Part shown: one piece after another, positions 63,504-64,000 of the stretch
Layout of the letters: each line of letters opens with the position of its first letter
How positions within the stretch are numbered: position 1 is the stretch's first letter
Sequence record: NC_010811.2
Direction: 5' to 3' (one strand)
DNA: 64,000 bases
Notes under the pieces: model-generated
What the model was told of the DNA's origin: nothing
The model's database searches: none
Seen by the model: the letters and a program-made list of their open reading frames with translations, nothing else
Made by a program: the position numbers and the translations under genes

Positions 63504-63510
63504 GTAAATA
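63504..63510 (+). promoter_or_regulatory. GTAAATA phage promoter motif
   Basis: CAGCAGTAAATA 60 nt upstream of ATG 63570. Confidence 0.65.
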
Positions 63511-63569
63511 ATCCGCGTGCAAGCTGCACGCATCCAACTTTCAACTCTTCCGTTACAAGGAACATCATC

Positions 63570-63980
63570 ATGGCAAAGCAACAAGAAGCATCCGCCGCTC
63601 CGAAGGCAAACCCGATCGTCGCACTGAAGGCCGCCGTCGGTCAGTTCACCAAGCTGTCGCGCGAAGCCGCCAAGAAGGATCGCCTGATCGCGAACAAGGA
63701 CAAGCTGATCGCCGCACTCAAGGCCAAGCTGCAAGGCAAGGCTGCCAACGGCGCCGCCAAGGCCGCTCCGGCCGCGAAGGGCGCGAAGGTCAAGGTTGAG
63801 AAGGCTGCTCCGGCTGCCAAGAAGGCTGCGAAGGGCGCGAAGGCCGCTCCGCAGGGCAAGGGTCCGAAGGCCAAGCCGGCGAAGGCTGGTAAGGTGGCTC
63901 CCGCTGCCAAGAAGGGCGCCAAGGCCAAGGCTGCCAAGCCGGCGAAGGCTGCGAAGGGCGGCGACGACTTCCTGATCTAA
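63570..63980 (+). CDS. Histone H1-like K/A/P-rich protein ending GGDDFLI
   Basis: Composition; AAGGA SD. Confidence 0.8.
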   Translation: MAKQQEASAAPKANPIVALKAAVGQFTKLSREAAKKDRLIANKDKLIAALKAKLQGKAANGAAKAAPAAKGAKVKVEKAAPAAKKAAKGAKAAPQGKGPKAKPAKAGKVAPAAKKGAKAKAAKPAKAAKGGDDFLI

Positions 63981-64000
63981 GTCGTCCTCGGTGAGGAGGG

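Overview
This window is a 64-kb segment of a large, GC-rich lytic dsDNA (jumbo-type) bacteriophage genome. A spanin pair indicates a Gram-negative host. Similarity to the RSL1/PaBG-like jumbo phages is only an inference from gene content. Genes run on the - strand left of about 37.2 kb and on the + strand right of it. Left arm: a DNA/sugar-modification cluster (two TAGT-like glycosyltransferases, an NTP-transferase, a transferase-kinase fusion and an APS-kinase-like protein), spanins, primase, a family A DNA polymerase, GT-B and GT-D glycosyltransferases, an RNA-gene region, accessory genes (Acb4-like, RyR-domain, MazG-like), a Dda-like helicase and an SF2-like helicase next to a candidate origin at the strand switch. 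Right arm: an SbcD/Mre11 nuclease, three early-gene islands (sigma70-like promoter plus a repeated 17-nt start-associated element), type II topoisomerase subunits (the large one carries a Pro1 class-3-like mini-intein, with a free-standing HNH endonuclease upstream), an ATP-grasp protein, a candidate 420-nt structured ncRNA and several histone-H1-like proteins. The most striking observation is at 18.9-22.4 kb. Alongside two normal tRNAs (Gly-TCC, Pro-TGG) there are five tRNA-shaped RNAs with intact acceptor and T arms but a non-standard architecture: two with large structured inserts replacing the anticodon loop, one with a 4-nt loop, and two circularly permuted (YrlA/Y-RNA-like). Caveat: about 46.1-52.8 kb has many apparent frameshifts, probably sequence errors. 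All folds and family assignments were made by eye, without database searches.
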